In this document: positions 11,069-24,500 of the stretch, piece by piece
How the letters are laid out: every line of letters begins with the position of its first letter
Position numbering within the stretch: position 1 is the first letter of the stretch
Source of the DNA: Octopus sinensis
Taxonomy: Eukaryota
Assembly (NCBI RefSeq): GCF_006345805.1
Contig: NC_043015.1
Location: 16,926,001-16,990,000 of the forward strand
DNA: 64,000 bases
Direction: 5' to 3'
Notes under the pieces: generated by a model
Told to the model about the DNA's origin: nothing
The model's input: the letters and a program-made list of their open reading frames with translations, nothing else
The model's database searches: none
Translations under genes and position numbers: made by a program

Positions 11069-13699
11069 GATAAAGCCAGAGTTAAACCTTAACCCTAGAC
11101 TCTGATTCTAAAGCCTAAGATCTGATCGTAACCCTAACCCTAATCCCAAGATATTTTCAATTGGTTGATATGGGAACATATACAAATAATGTTGTCTACT
11201 GAATGGATATTGAGAATGAATAAATCTGATTGGCTAACATTACAAAAAATATCAATAACTATTTTAGTTATTTTTCCTCTAGGGCTGAATCGTTAACACA
11301 CCAGACAAATTGCTTTGTGGCATTTCTTTCAGGTTTATATTCTGAGTTCAAGTTCCACTGAGATTAACTTTGTCTTTCATCCTTTCAGGGTTGATGAAAT
11401 AAATGCCAGTTGAGCACTGGGGCTGATGTTACTGACTTACAAAATTTCAGGCCTTGTACCTAGAGTAGAAAGGACTTAATTTTTTCTCCAAAAAATGGTT
11501 GTGATTTTCATAATTGGCATAGAACTCTATATCCTTGTAGAAATCCTCAATAAAATCAAGCTCAGCATGTTAAGTAAAACAAGATCCCATTTTTAAATAG
11601 CAGGAAGATATTAATTTATGGCTAGACGTGACTTTTAAAAAAAAGAAGTTTTATTAAGTAAACTCTAGTATAGTGTCATATTTACTTTATTGATACTGGC
11701 AGAATGAATGAAAGGCAAAGTTGGTCAGTGGCAGCATCATTTAACATTTATTTTCCATGCTGGTTTGGGTTGGAAGGTTTGACAGGATCTTTCAAGCTGG
11801 AGAACTGTTATGCTCTAATGTCTGTTTAGGTATGTTTCTGTGATTTCATTCCCTTTCTAACGCCAACCATTTTCAGAGTCTACTGAGTGCTTTTTTCATA
11901 GCACCAGCACTAGTGAGGTTGCCTTGCAACTTGCAACACTAAAAGGCCTCTCTCAGCAAAAGAGAATAGGATGATTCTAGGTGAGGTGATGATAGAGAGT
12001 GAAGTATGATGAGAGAAACAGATTTAAACAAATTTGTGAAAGTGGTAGTGAGAATATGGAAGGGAAAGGAGAGGACTTGGTGGTGTGGGAATTAGTGAGA
12101 AAGTTGAGGAGAGTGGTAAGGGTGATGAGATGGTCTGTGTAGGGAGAGGCCAGAACAATATCACATGAGGATAAGTACAGGTGAAAGGTGTAAAAGGAAG
12201 GGAACATGAAAGAAAGGACGAAATGAGGAAAACAAAGATCTAGAGAGAGTCATTGAAGGACAGATAGGTAGGAGTGTTGTGGAGATTGGCCAAAGAGGGA
12301 GAAATGAGCTAAGGGGAGAGAATAATGAAAGAAAAAAGGGTTGAGAAAGGATAGTGATGAATGGCAGTAGGTAAACATCACAGGAGAAATATGACTGATA
12401 GAATGATGACTGAAGTAAATGGGGAGATGAGTACAGGGAGAGCAATGAGGACCAATACTGTCTCTCATACATAGGTCTAGGGAAGGTCAAGGCAAGCAGA
12501 GTAATGGAGGTATGTGGAGCAGCTATTCATACTTTGTAAGGTAGAGGGGTATGAGTGATAGTGAGATGAGATGATTGAAATGAATGGAGAGATGGGTAAA
12601 AGAAAGGTGATTGACAGCTAGATAAGAGATGGGGTCAGGAGTGCAAAGGAAAGCAAGATATAAATATGTACATATACATATATACACACACACACAAACA
12701 TGTATATATATATATATGCATACATATACATACATACATATATATAAAGATACAGATATGGAAATAATTTTATTCTCTTCTCAAACACATGATAGTGCTA
12801 ATAATATAGCATGAATGGATAGTTTATCCTGTTCATGCTATATTATTAGCATTATCCTGCATTTGAGAATAAAATTATTTCCTTATCTGTATTCATCTTT
12901 ATATTATAATTCTGAAATGTGAAAAGTTTCTCTGGTTTTGGCATTGGAACGGGTTAAAGGCCACTAGATCCCGTCGGATTGACTCCAAAATTTACAGGGA
13001 GAGAGATAGATAGAGAAAGATAGAGAGTAAGAGAAAGCGAGGGAAAGTCCGAGAGAAAGGAAGAGTAAGAGAGTGGGAAAGTGAGAGAGAAACAAAGAGG
13101 GAGAATGTGGCGATAAGAAACAGAAAGGAAGCAACAGAAAGTAACAACCACAACCTCACCCACGTGTAGAGCGGGTTACATTAAGATAGTCAATATCTAT
13201 AAATCTGAAATGCAAAAAGTTTGTTTGTCTGGTTTTGGCATTAGAATGGGTTAAAGGGCACTAGATCCCATCGGATTGACTCCAAAATTTACAGGGACAT
13301 GTAAAATGAGGTAAGGATGTGAGTGGGCTAGGTTAGAAATCCCTATCTTAAAAGGTGTGGTTACTAGGGCCAAAAACGCACACTTTGACAAGTCTACTCT
13401 CATTCTTTTATGTGTCTGTCTTTCTCCATCTCTCTCTCTTTCCTCCCTTCCTTTCACCTTCTCTCTATAACATCGTTTCATAGCGTCTATTATCTTTCCC
13501 CCGCCGCCATCGCATTCTATTATCTGTCTGTCTTCCTCCATCTCTCTCACTCTCTTTCCTCCCTTCCTTTTACTTTCTCTCTATAACGTTGTTTGATAGC
13601 GTCTGCTATCTTTCCGCCGATGCTTTCACCAGCGCTGTCACTCTCTCTCTCTCTCTCTCTACTACACAAACTGGAGTCATTGAGAGGTATCCTGTGTGA

Positions 13700-15157
13700 T
13701 CTAGGATGTGGGAAATGTGTCAGCATATGCTGACGGCGTCACCATAGAGGTGTTGGATCATAAACATATAGAAATGATCAGCACCGCTCTCAGGGACTAT
13801 GAGGCAGTTTCCTTGACAGTGAACATAAAAGCATTCCAGACTTGTTCGGGCACCTGCTGGCGAATGTCTATGCAAACTGGCAGCAGAACAGGTTTATTCC
13901 CAGATCTGTGTGCTGGGGAGTGGTGACGCTTGTCAGAAAGGACCCAGACAAGAGGGATTCTGTTGATAATTTTCAGCCTATCACTCTACTAAATGCAGAG
14001 TTGAAGATTTTGGCCAAAGTGTTATCAAAAAAATTGGCACATCGCGGATGGTCTGATTGGGGAAGCACAGACATGTACCATCCAGGATAATCTCCATCTT
14101 ATATGGTACACTTTAGAGGGGTTTAATAGTGATTCTGGCAAGGGTGGGGCACTGCTCCATTTAGACCAATCTAAGCATTTGGTAGGGTTGACCATCGCTA
14201 CCTGGTGTCCATTCTGGCGCAGTTCAGTCTAGGTCTTGGCTTCCTCATGTGGATCATTCAGATTTATGACAACATCAACTCGGTAGTTCAGGTGAATGGC
14301 TTCTTATTGAGGCCGTTCAACATCAAATGTCCACTCTCCCCACTTCTGTACGTAATGGCTCTTGAGCCATTACTGCGAAAATTGAGTCACATCCTAAGAC
14401 AGCCATGTTGTAGAAAGTCGGTTTCAGCTTACGCGGATGACATCACCATCATCGTAACTGAAATGGATCACCTACAGAGGGTAGGCAAGGCCATTAAGGT
14501 TTACAAGACGGTGGCAGGAGCAAAAGTTAATGGAGAAAGGCCAATCGGCTTGCAGCTCAGCACCTGGAGAGGCAAGTCAATGCCTCCTGACAGTGTCGTG
14601 GGACGTTGAATGGCAGGTCTGATTAAGTTGCTAGGAGTTTGGTCTGGACCAGACCTCCAAATAGAGAACTGGGCCAAGGTATCGAGCAAGGTGACCCACA
14701 TAGTCAGGACCTGGTCTTCGCAGTGGTTATTCCTGAAAGAGAGGGTGGAGGTAGCCAATGTGTTCATTGCATTGGTCATCACCTACCACCCAACCATCAT
14801 TCTTTGCCCTGATTCGTGATTGATCAAGCTGGAAAGACAGCTCTTCCACTTCTTGTGGAAGGGCTCCAAACCGCTTGTGAGATGCTCTATTTGCTGCCAA
14901 CAACCATTAAAGGGTGGGCTAGGGAGGCCTTGGCTATTGCTGTGCAGCCATGCGCTGAGGTTGAGGTATCTGTGGCTCTCCTGCTATTCCGTCGCTTGGG
15001 CAATACCTGCGGTGGAGGTTCCACTGCATTCTTTTATAGAAGGCTTGTAAAGGCAGAATGTGATGATACCTTAGGGGAAACCCTAGGTCTCAACGATAAT
15101 CAGCTGGCCAGTCTGTTCCGACATACATTCGGGCCAAAGACCCTGGACAACTTTTAG
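13700..15157 (+). mobile_element. Decayed L1/Tx1-like LINE reverse transcriptase
   Basis: Frameshifted RT motifs: VTLVRKDP...NFQPITLLNAELKILAKVL; PLSPLLYVMALEPLLRKL; SAYADDITI; KLLGVW. Confidence 0.85.
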
Positions 15158-15164
15158 AAGTCTC

Positions 15165-15385
15165 TGACATCTTTGGTTTCAAGATGAAAGGTGTTCTTCC
15201 ATCAGGATAATGCTCGGCCTCATACAAGGATGACATTCTAAAGCCTGGAGTAGTTTGAATGGGAAATGATGCCGTACCCACCACATTCGCTGGGCATTGC
15301 CCCATCTGATTATCTTTTATTCTGCAGTCCTCAAAATCATTTGGATGGTAAAAATATGAATTTTGTTGATGAGATCAGAACAGTA
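15165..15385 (+). mobile_element. Mariner transposase fragment
   Basis: Translates to FFHQDNARPHT...WEMMPYPPHSLGIAPSDYLLF...QNHLDGK. Confidence 0.75.
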
Positions 15386-16849
15386 CTGGCAAGGGCCCGG
15401 GAATTTTCAGGGGGTACAAGATCAAAATTTGCACCCCCTACATAATCTTACCAGTTTCAGAGAAAAGTGTCTAAAATCTATCAGTATAAAATGCTTAAGT
15501 TCGATCTCGTTTCAAAACAATAAATAAATAAATAAATAAAAGTGATGAAGCTGGCATAAAATTCCCTAGGGAGTTTATGACCACTAACTTCTGAAGGAAA
15601 GTAGTGTGAAAATACAAAAAAGTGACAATGACAACAGTAGCAGCAACAATAACAACAACAAAACCAGCATGTAAGGTTAATTTTGAATATATAGCATTAC
15701 TTGAATTATTGAAGACAGCTGCCACCCAGTTAAAATGTGTAACTCTCTCTTTCTGTTTGTCAAATACTTCTCACCATCTTTCAGTACCACTCCCAAGTTC
15801 TTTGTAATTGGTGTTGCTAGACTTAAAATATGGTTGAATGGATTCGACCGTTTGACCCCAGTCTAAAAATAAAACCCTTTCAAAATTCTTTCCCTCAAAA
15901 CGATTTTCTCATATAGGTTGTTAGGTCCAAAATGTGAAAGTAAACATTTAACTATAAATAATTGCAAACCGAAATAAATTTGTAAAGCCAAGCATCTATT
16001 CTTACTCAATGGTACCCCACACAGCTTTCAACATTTGGTGGGCATTGTCTCCATTTTCTAACCTTTCCTATCCTCTTCTTTGTAAAACATTCCCTATCTA
16101 TTTCTATCGTTCTTTCTCTCTTTGCTACCTTTCATTTCTTCCTGTCTCTATAATCTCCTATCTATCTTTATTGCCTTCTTTCTCTACACTTCCTCTTTCT
16201 TTCTACCTGCTCTCCCAGGTTAATGGGTCTTCCCCCTGTCCACCTTTTTGATGCAAAACGACCATTTAATATCCCATACCATTATCTGCTTGACCACTGC
16301 CTGGGTAAGTGCCTTTTTTTTTTTTCAACTCCAGCCTAGCATTCTTTTTTTCTTCACAATCTGTTTCTTAAAGGAGGGACATATTCATTATGCAAAGAAT
16401 GTTATTTACGTCAATGGAGGTAATTGATTGGTTAAAATTGCCGAAATGCAAGAAATTTTAGACGAAATATGTTACAACCTATAGAATTTTCTCAATAAAG
16501 CCAAGAGAAAATGATGTTTTATAAACACATTCTACCAATATACGAAGTTTAAAACTTTTTAGTTACCTAGAAATTATGTTACAAAGTGCCGTTCAAAAGG
16601 AAAAGATCCTTATTTTGTTATTTTTAATATTTTTATTCAATTTATCTGCAATTTTCTTCTTGTATTGGATGGATAACCCACCTTCCATTTACAGCAAGTA
16701 GTGCGTGTCTTGTCTATCTGTGTGCTAAATTCGAGTACTTACGACTAACGCGCTTGCATGCGCAAATTTGTGACATGCACACTCCCGGAACTGGGATCCA
16801 CACTTCTCCAGTAGTGCCAAATTTGGAACTGAGTTTGCACCCTCTAAGC

Positions 16850-17045
16850 AAATTTTGTTCCCGAGAAGTATTTTTCTTCATGGACAAGTGGATTTTGGAA
16901 GAGGAGCCTTGCAAGTCTACCAGATAGATGGAAGAGCATTGTAGAAAATGAAGGAGAGTATATTTTAGATTAAAATAGAACTTTGTTTATCTTAATCTTT
17001 GAAATATAAAAGAAGAATAAAAAAAACCGCATTGTTTATGTGGTG
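16850..17045 (+). mobile_element. Mariner 3' end fragment
   Basis: FW.RGL.SLPDRWKSIVENEGEYILD* is a typical mariner C-terminus. Confidence 0.6.
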
Positions 17046-17677
17046 ACGAGGAGGGTATTTGGCTGCAGAAAATCCACCTTTACAATTTCCCTTCGACTCA
17101 TGCAAGCATGGAAAAGTAGACATTAATTGGATGATGATGATATATAAAATATGTATATCTATAAGTTTAATGATGATTATACTAACAAATGATTGCAATT
17201 TTTCTGTATCAAGTTACAAACTCTCCTTCATTATTTACACAGCCAGAAATTCAGCGAATCAATAATTAGCCCGTTGGAAAACTGCAAGCAAAGCTTCTCT
17301 ATTGTTTACCATTCGCAAAATGAAACATATAAAGAAAAGTTTAGAAATTAGGAAAACATGTCTAATTGACATGAATTTCATCAAGATTTTACGAAGAAGC
17401 TTCTATCTAACTGCTAGATCTGCTAGGCATATCTTATTGTGCTAAAGTAGGAAGTACACATTAGATAATGTAGTCCTAGACGTACTTTGACTTATAAAAG
17501 TCAGGCTGGTGGAGGGTTCCTTTGATCATCAGACTGCTGGATTTATATGGGCTTTAACATTAACAACAATGCTTATCAGATTTGTTTTGCGAAATATTTT
17601 TCAATAAATGTCAACAATAGCTATAAGTATTTCCTATACATCGCCTACACATTACGAAATAATAACATCAGCAAATA

Positions 17678-17901
17678 GGGTGGCGAGGTGGCAGAACCAT
17701 TAATTAGCACGCCGGCCAAGATGCTAGCTGTATTTCGTCCGTTTTTATATCCTGAGTTCAAATTCTGCCAAGGCTGACTGTGTTTTTCCTTTTTTCTTTC
17801 TGTGGTCGATAAAATAAGTAGCAGCTGAGCACTGAGGGTCGATGCAATCGACTTACCCTCGCCCCCCGAACTTGCTGGCCTTGTGCCAAAATTTGAAACC
17901 A
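17678..17901 (+). mobile_element. tRNA-derived SINE (abundant family; other copies near 9780-10080, 11290-11470, 26630-26830(-), 58430-58670(-), 59700-59910)
   Basis: Box A-like TGGCGAGGTGGCAGAA, box B-like GAGTTCAAATTC, and a shared body ...gataaaataagta...ggtcgatg.aatcgacttaccc...ggccttgtgccaaaatttgaaac seen in several copies in this window. Confidence 0.8.
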
Positions 17902-18024
17902 ACATTACATTTATAATCATGTTAACATCAGAGACTTTTCTTAAATTTTGACAACTAAGCCAGAGACGAACACTCGGAACTCTTCATGTTTTGAAAACAA
18001 AATTATTACTGAAAAGACAACAAA

Positions 18025-18082
18025 ATGGCGAATCCCACTGTTGCATATTTTTATGATCCTGATGTTGGAAATTTTCATTACG
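18025..18082 (+). CDS. HDAC3: HDAC3 coding exon 1
   Basis: [20 protein letters not shown]|gtaag. Confidence 0.95.
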
Positions 18083-18346
18083 GTAAGGAATATCTTAAAT
18101 TTAGTATGCATTAACATGTTAGTAGTTATATTCCCATTAGATATGATTTTTTAAAGTAAGAGAATGCTGCGTTTAAAATTTTTAATGATATAAAATGATA
18201 TCGATGCTTATTATGGTGCAGTGGGTAGCGACCAGTCTTTCATGTCGACGTTTACATTCTATGCCTCATTGTTTGACGTTCAAATCTAGCCGATGTTCAC
18301 TTCATCATTTATTCTGCGATCAGTAAAGAAATAATGATGTTGCTAT

Positions 18347-18418
<72 letters not shown>

Positions 18419-18525
18419 TATGGTTTGTTACTAACTTCTAACTATTAAATATGATTCTATAGACGCACACATACATGTATGTAAACATAAATGTGTATGT
18501 GTATACATACATATCTCTCTCTCTC

Positions 18526-18587
<62 letters not shown>

Positions 18588-21500
18588 TATATATATACAC
18601 ACATATTTACACATGCACACACTCCCTTTTGAGTGAAGTTAGGGCTGTTCATTAGGTCATTTATGATGTGTGTTTACATTTAACGCACGAAAAATATATA
18701 ATGTGCCACTTCATGTATCAACATTTTAGACCTACTTATGTTGGTAGTGTTTTGATTTGCACTTGAGAAATATTAATTCCACATAAAGTGCATTATTGTC
18801 CTTTTTATCTGTTTGTTCGATGGGCAACATCTCTGACCTTTGCAAGTCCTCACACGCTTGTAACGAATATACAGATGATGGAAGCCGATTCCTTTAAGAA
18901 AAGAACTGGGCAGATAGAATTCTATTATTTACACTTCTGGGTAAAAAGTATTCAGTGTGTAGTTTGGGAAAAGAGAAACAAAATAAGGATGTGGGAAGGA
19001 AGAGGAGGTAGGAATATAGGGTGGGGTGGGACGTAGGTGATACACAAGCTTGCTAGTTAAGAGGAGCAGATGTCATTGTAGTAGCGGTAGAATATACAGA
19101 CGAAAATCTGTTGCCAGTGAGTGCTTAAAACATTTGTTTGTAGCAGCAGCAGCAGCACTACCCCCATATATGTTAGCCGCAATGTATTGTAGAGTCAAGA
19201 TTGACTCTACTACACGCATTAGCCAATACTGTAGAGTGAAGATTAGTTAGTGTATGAAGTATTTTCAAGTGATGTGGCCTTGTTTACATTATAAATGAAA
19301 CATGAAAAATTGTGAGGTTTAGTTATGCCAACTTTTAGAATTTCAGTTGTGTTGCTAATTTGCGCAAGAAGCATTCATATAACCAAGATTGCTTAATATA
19401 TGTTGTGATTATGATTTTAGGTGAATCCAGGATGTTAAAACAACATATGCTGGGAGAATAAATTAGTACAACTATGTGATTAGTTAAGAATTTTGTTTTG
19501 CAACCATGTGGTTTCAGATCCACTCCCACTGCACAAGCTCTTGGGTCAGTGTCTTCTATAGCCCTGCCACTGAATTTTGTACACAGAAACTATATTTGTG
19601 TGTTCAACAGAAAGAAATGGATAGAACTTGTAAGATACTTCAAAAGATCAGGTCTCCCATAAGTAATATCATTTTTCAGACTGTACTTGTTGAAATATGC
19701 TCTAACACATTTAAACAAGACTTTTTCACAGGTGCATAAATACCACAGAGCAAGGAAAGCTTCAGTTAGATAGATTCTAGCTTGCAGACACACTAATAAT
19801 TTGTTGCTTTAAGAGCCCCTCATGAAAATGGCGGTCAGAGAAGAGCACATTAGACATGTCAAGCTTTATGAGTATAAAAAAGACAACAATGCAACAAATG
19901 CTGTAAGAAAAAATGTGCAAGAAATGTATGGTGAAGGTGTTTTGAATATTTGCAAGTGCCAATGATGTGTATGCATTGGTGCACATGTATATATTTGTGT
20001 AAATGTGTATAGGTGTGAGTGTGTATGCATATATATATAAAAACTGGAAAAGTACAGGACAAGTTATTCCACTTGGAAAAGTTCAGGACAAGTTATTGCA
20101 TCTGGTAAAGTACAGGACAAGAAAATTTTACTTAAAATATTGCAGCTAAGGATAAAATTTCAAATAAAATATTTAGATTTAGAAAATATTAGCTTTTATT
20201 AAAACTAAAATTTTTATTACAAGTTATTACTTCTATTTGTCATTACTTGTTATAATAATAATAATGAAATTATTGTATACAGTGCTCAGGTGCACCACAA
20301 CTTGTCAGAAAGTGCATATAAAGTACATGCAGTAATGTAGAAATGTCTGGAAAGTGAACATGCTTGTGTGTGTATGGAGGGGAGAAAATCAAGTGTAGTA
20401 TTGGCGAATCTCAGGAAGCATGGAAGTCTTGAAGGATGCAGTGCTCCGACAACTAACAACCGATGCCGGCAGTTTGTTCCACGCTTCAGCAACTCTCAGC
20501 ATGAAAAAGATGTTTCCTGAAGTCATGGGAGCTGTGCTGTTTTCTTACTTTGTAAATATGTCCACGGGTGTTAGATGGGTGGAGTTTGAAGAGGTGCTCA
20601 GTGTTATTGTTTGTGCGATGGTTGATAATTTTATGGGTGTCTGCCAGGTCAGCTGCCAGACGTCGGAGTTTCAATGTGTCCATGCCCAGGGAAGTAAGGC
20701 GTTCAGGATATGGCAAATGCCTGTTAAAAATTAAAAATAACTATTTTTTGCACTTCAAAAAAATTCATTCTTTTAATTATTAATTAGTAATTAGAAATTT
20801 GAAAATAGGTTATAAAAAATAATAGTAGTGCATAATTAGTACATTAAATAGAATAGTACAAAAATTAGTTATATATTACAGTAAAATCTACCTATAACAA
20901 CAAATTCACAGTAAAATTTGCTTAAGTTACTGCCTAAAGTCTTCAAATTTTTAGTCTTGACCCAATGCCTATTTTTTACATAATGAATTTGCCTACCATA
21001 CATACTATTCTACTTTGCACAAAACTTTAGCTATATTGGTACTTCTGACTCTCATTTTTTGTAAGTATTCTAGTGTGTCAATATTTTAACAAAATGTTGG
21101 TACATTTTTTTTTTTTAATCATAATGTAACTTTGTAAATTAAAATCAAATAAATTTTAATATTCAAATTTTATCCTTAGCTGCAATATTTTAAGTAAAAC
21201 TTTTCTTGTTCTGTACTTGACCAGATGTAATAACTTTTCCAAGTGCATCTTTGTATGAAAAAAGTTTTGAAAACTCTTTTTTTATAATAATAATAATAAT
21301 TGTGTACAGTGCTCAGGTGCACTACAACTCATCTAAAGTGTATATATAATCAGGTGTAGTTTCGGCGGATTTCGGAAAGCATGAGGGCCTTAAAGGATGC
21401 AGTGTCATGGCAGTCAACAACTGACGCAGGCAGTTTATTCCATGCTTCAGCAACTCTGAGCGTGAAAAAATGTTTCCGAAAGTCATGGGAGCTGTGTTGT

Positions 21501-24500
21501 TTTCTGACTTTTCTTTCACAATCCACTTCTCTCATCATCCCACTCTGGACCTACTTTGGCCAATTTTTTTTTCGCACTCTGAAACCATGGGAAGAGCACT
21601 TTTGGTAAAAAAAAAAAATATTTTCAGAAAGTGAGTGATTTAAGGGCGATTTGGCTGTTGCTTCTTGCACATCCAAAGACAACCCTCCTCATTTCTTTAT
21701 CACTGTCACATGTATTGATGTTTTCCAATATTTTTTGCCCATAAATACATTTATATGCTATAAAAAAGAAAACTTGAGAAATTATGAATTTTTGGCAACC
21801 CCACTCCCTGCCCCCAATTGTTTCTGTTTAGAAATTAAAATATTGGAGAGCCTGAGAGGGTCATTGCTGGCGTTTATCCACAGTAATTTAAAAAAATTAC
21901 AGAGATGTACTTGCATAGCAAGTGACTTGATCTGAGATCGTGTGCTGAAAGAAAAACAGTTGCCGCATGGAAGATGTTTGTAAGTTATTCAAGATCACAC
22001 AAAAACTATTAGTAAAACATTAAAATTTCATTTGTGTCAAAATATTTACATCACTTTGAAACCTTGACCTGTTTACTGACAAAACTTCACCAAAGTGATG
22101 CAGTACGAAGTTTTGTCAGTGAACAAGTCACGATTTCAAAGCAATGGTGGGGGTAAAAATCAAGATTACGATTTATTTTGTTGTTTCTCTTCCACCACTG
22201 GACCACACGTGTGTTACTCCAGCATCATCATTCCATAAAATGTGTTTAATGGGAGAAAAACATTGAAAAAACATCAATACATGTGAGAGTGAAAAGAGAG
22301 GGTGGTTTGGGTTGTGCTAGAAACAACAGTGAAATTTCCCTTGAATTGTTTACCTTTTCTTCTGAAAATATTTACAATTTGTTTTGTTTTGTGTTTTTTT
22401 TTTTATTACTGAAAAGGCTCCTCCCATGGTTTTTAAGTTAAAAAGGAAAATGGCCAAAATCGGTCCAGATAGTTATTATTGTAAGGCTTATTTCATTCCA
22501 AACAACCATAACAACAAAATTACTTAAGTTTTTTTTACAAAAAATATACGGGTATTTTAAAAAGTTTTCATTCAATAAATAATGTTTTTGCACTACGTAT
22601 ACATTAATAGAATAAACTGTTGGTTTTCCAAATAGTGAATTAAAACTTGAAATGTAACATTAAAAGAGGAAGTGAGACTTTGCAAATAAAAATGGAATAC
22701 TCTGCAGTGAATGCAGGGAATATTTAAATTTGTGAAGAACTGGACGCAGTGAATGCAATGAATATTTTAATATGTGAGAAATTGGAGTTAAAAAAATTCA
22801 ATAAACTTGAGAAATTGAAATTATAGGAAATTTCTTAGAACATGAATTTATAAAAATATTTCTAGGACTGTCAACCCTTTATTAATTGCTTTCTTTTAGT
22901 ACCTTTAGTAATTGTTACATACCTAATTAATAAGCTGCTTTCTTCATTATAGTATAGATAGATGTGTCAATTAGCGGTGTCATTGATTATTTTTTTCCTC
23001 ACCTCAACGATGCTGGTTACATATATTAAAAGTCCCTAATAGAACTATATTCATTAAAAAGTATAGAACTATATTATCACCCTCAAGTTTGAGAAACAAA
23101 CACTCATAGTTTTTTTCTCTTAAAACTTCATTGCATGAGATTGATACCATGAAATTCCTTGAATTGAGCTCTATCATTTAAGCTTAATTAAAATATAGTT
23201 TGTTTTTAAAATGAAAAAGTTAATTATACTTAAATCCAATTTTTTTGCCTTACTTATATTTTTACCTCACAACTTTTTTTTATATAAATTTTTGTTGCAT
23301 GGGGCCAAAAGTATGAAATTCTTCATGCTTTCTTTTATCATTGAAACTAAGATAAATATATTTACTTTTAAAATAAACGATGTTATTTAGATCTAAACTT
23401 GATTGGTACTACTCTCCTATAACATTGTTACAAATTTTGATGTAAACTTTTTCCTACTGGACCAAATCTCAATTTTTTATGCCAAAATGTAGCTAGGGAC
23501 TAGTCCTCTTCAAAAATGTTAACAGTTTTCAATTCGATTGAGAACTGAATTAGTGACAAACTCTGAAAGATGCTGTGTGTGAGTAAATTGTGGCCATAAG
23601 AATATTATTCAACTATGGTAGTAGTTGAATGATGTGTGTGTGTAAATGTATGTCTATAGGTTTGTATAGTTATGTGTATGTATATTTATATGTGTTTATA
23701 TGTTTGTACTTTGATGTCAATGGATGGATACATAATTATTTGTGTGTTCTCATTTAAATGTGTGTGTCTGTGCTTTGCAAGTAATTTTGTATGACATTCA
23801 AATGATTCTGTGAATCCAGTTAAAATATTAACATGTAAACTGTACATTGTTTTCCTAGGCCCCAGTCATCCAATGAAACCACATAGAATAGCCTTGACAC
23901 ATTGCTTAGTTCTTCATTATGGACTTTATAAAAAAATGAAGGTATGTTTCAAAAAGTAAACTGATTTTTAAAATAAAATTATGACGTTTTTTTAATTAAA
24001 TAAAATTATGAATTTTCTTCAATATATTTCTCTGCAGTGTATTTTATTTGCCATTTAGGTAAATTTTCCTTGTATTATTAATGTAGTTGTTTTACTTCAA
24101 CTCTTAGCGCTATGATATGATTATTCCTTGTTGTCATGTATTGTACACCTGCAGTGCATTGATGACACTGTAATGAAAGTCTTTCTGATTAAGCTGGAGT
24201 TCACTAGTTGCCTTTCCACTCCTGTCCAAGACATATCAATTTTAGTATTTTTGCAAAAATATATTGAATTTGGTTTGTTTCCCTTTCTTTTTAAAGTTTT
24301 ATAATTACTTCCCAACTCACATTTGTTTATTTAATTTCTTCTTTAATGTACTTGACCTTATTTATTTCCAGTATATTTAACAACTTTTCAACAATTTTTC
24401 TCCTATTCATTTGTTTATTTCCTTTAATGTTTTGATGAAAAATTGGCATCATCAACCATTGGCACTTCATCTCATCTCCTCAGTATTCCATCTTTCTTTT

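Noticed and set aside
11970-12500. Purine-rich stretch with several Ser/Leu/Phe-rich minus-strand ORFs
   Set aside because: Compositional ORFs; possibly a very decayed LINE endonuclease region, but too degenerate to call.
17948-18154. 68-aa ORF MTTKPETN...
   Set aside because: Overlaps the real HDAC3 exon 1 in another frame and runs into the intron.
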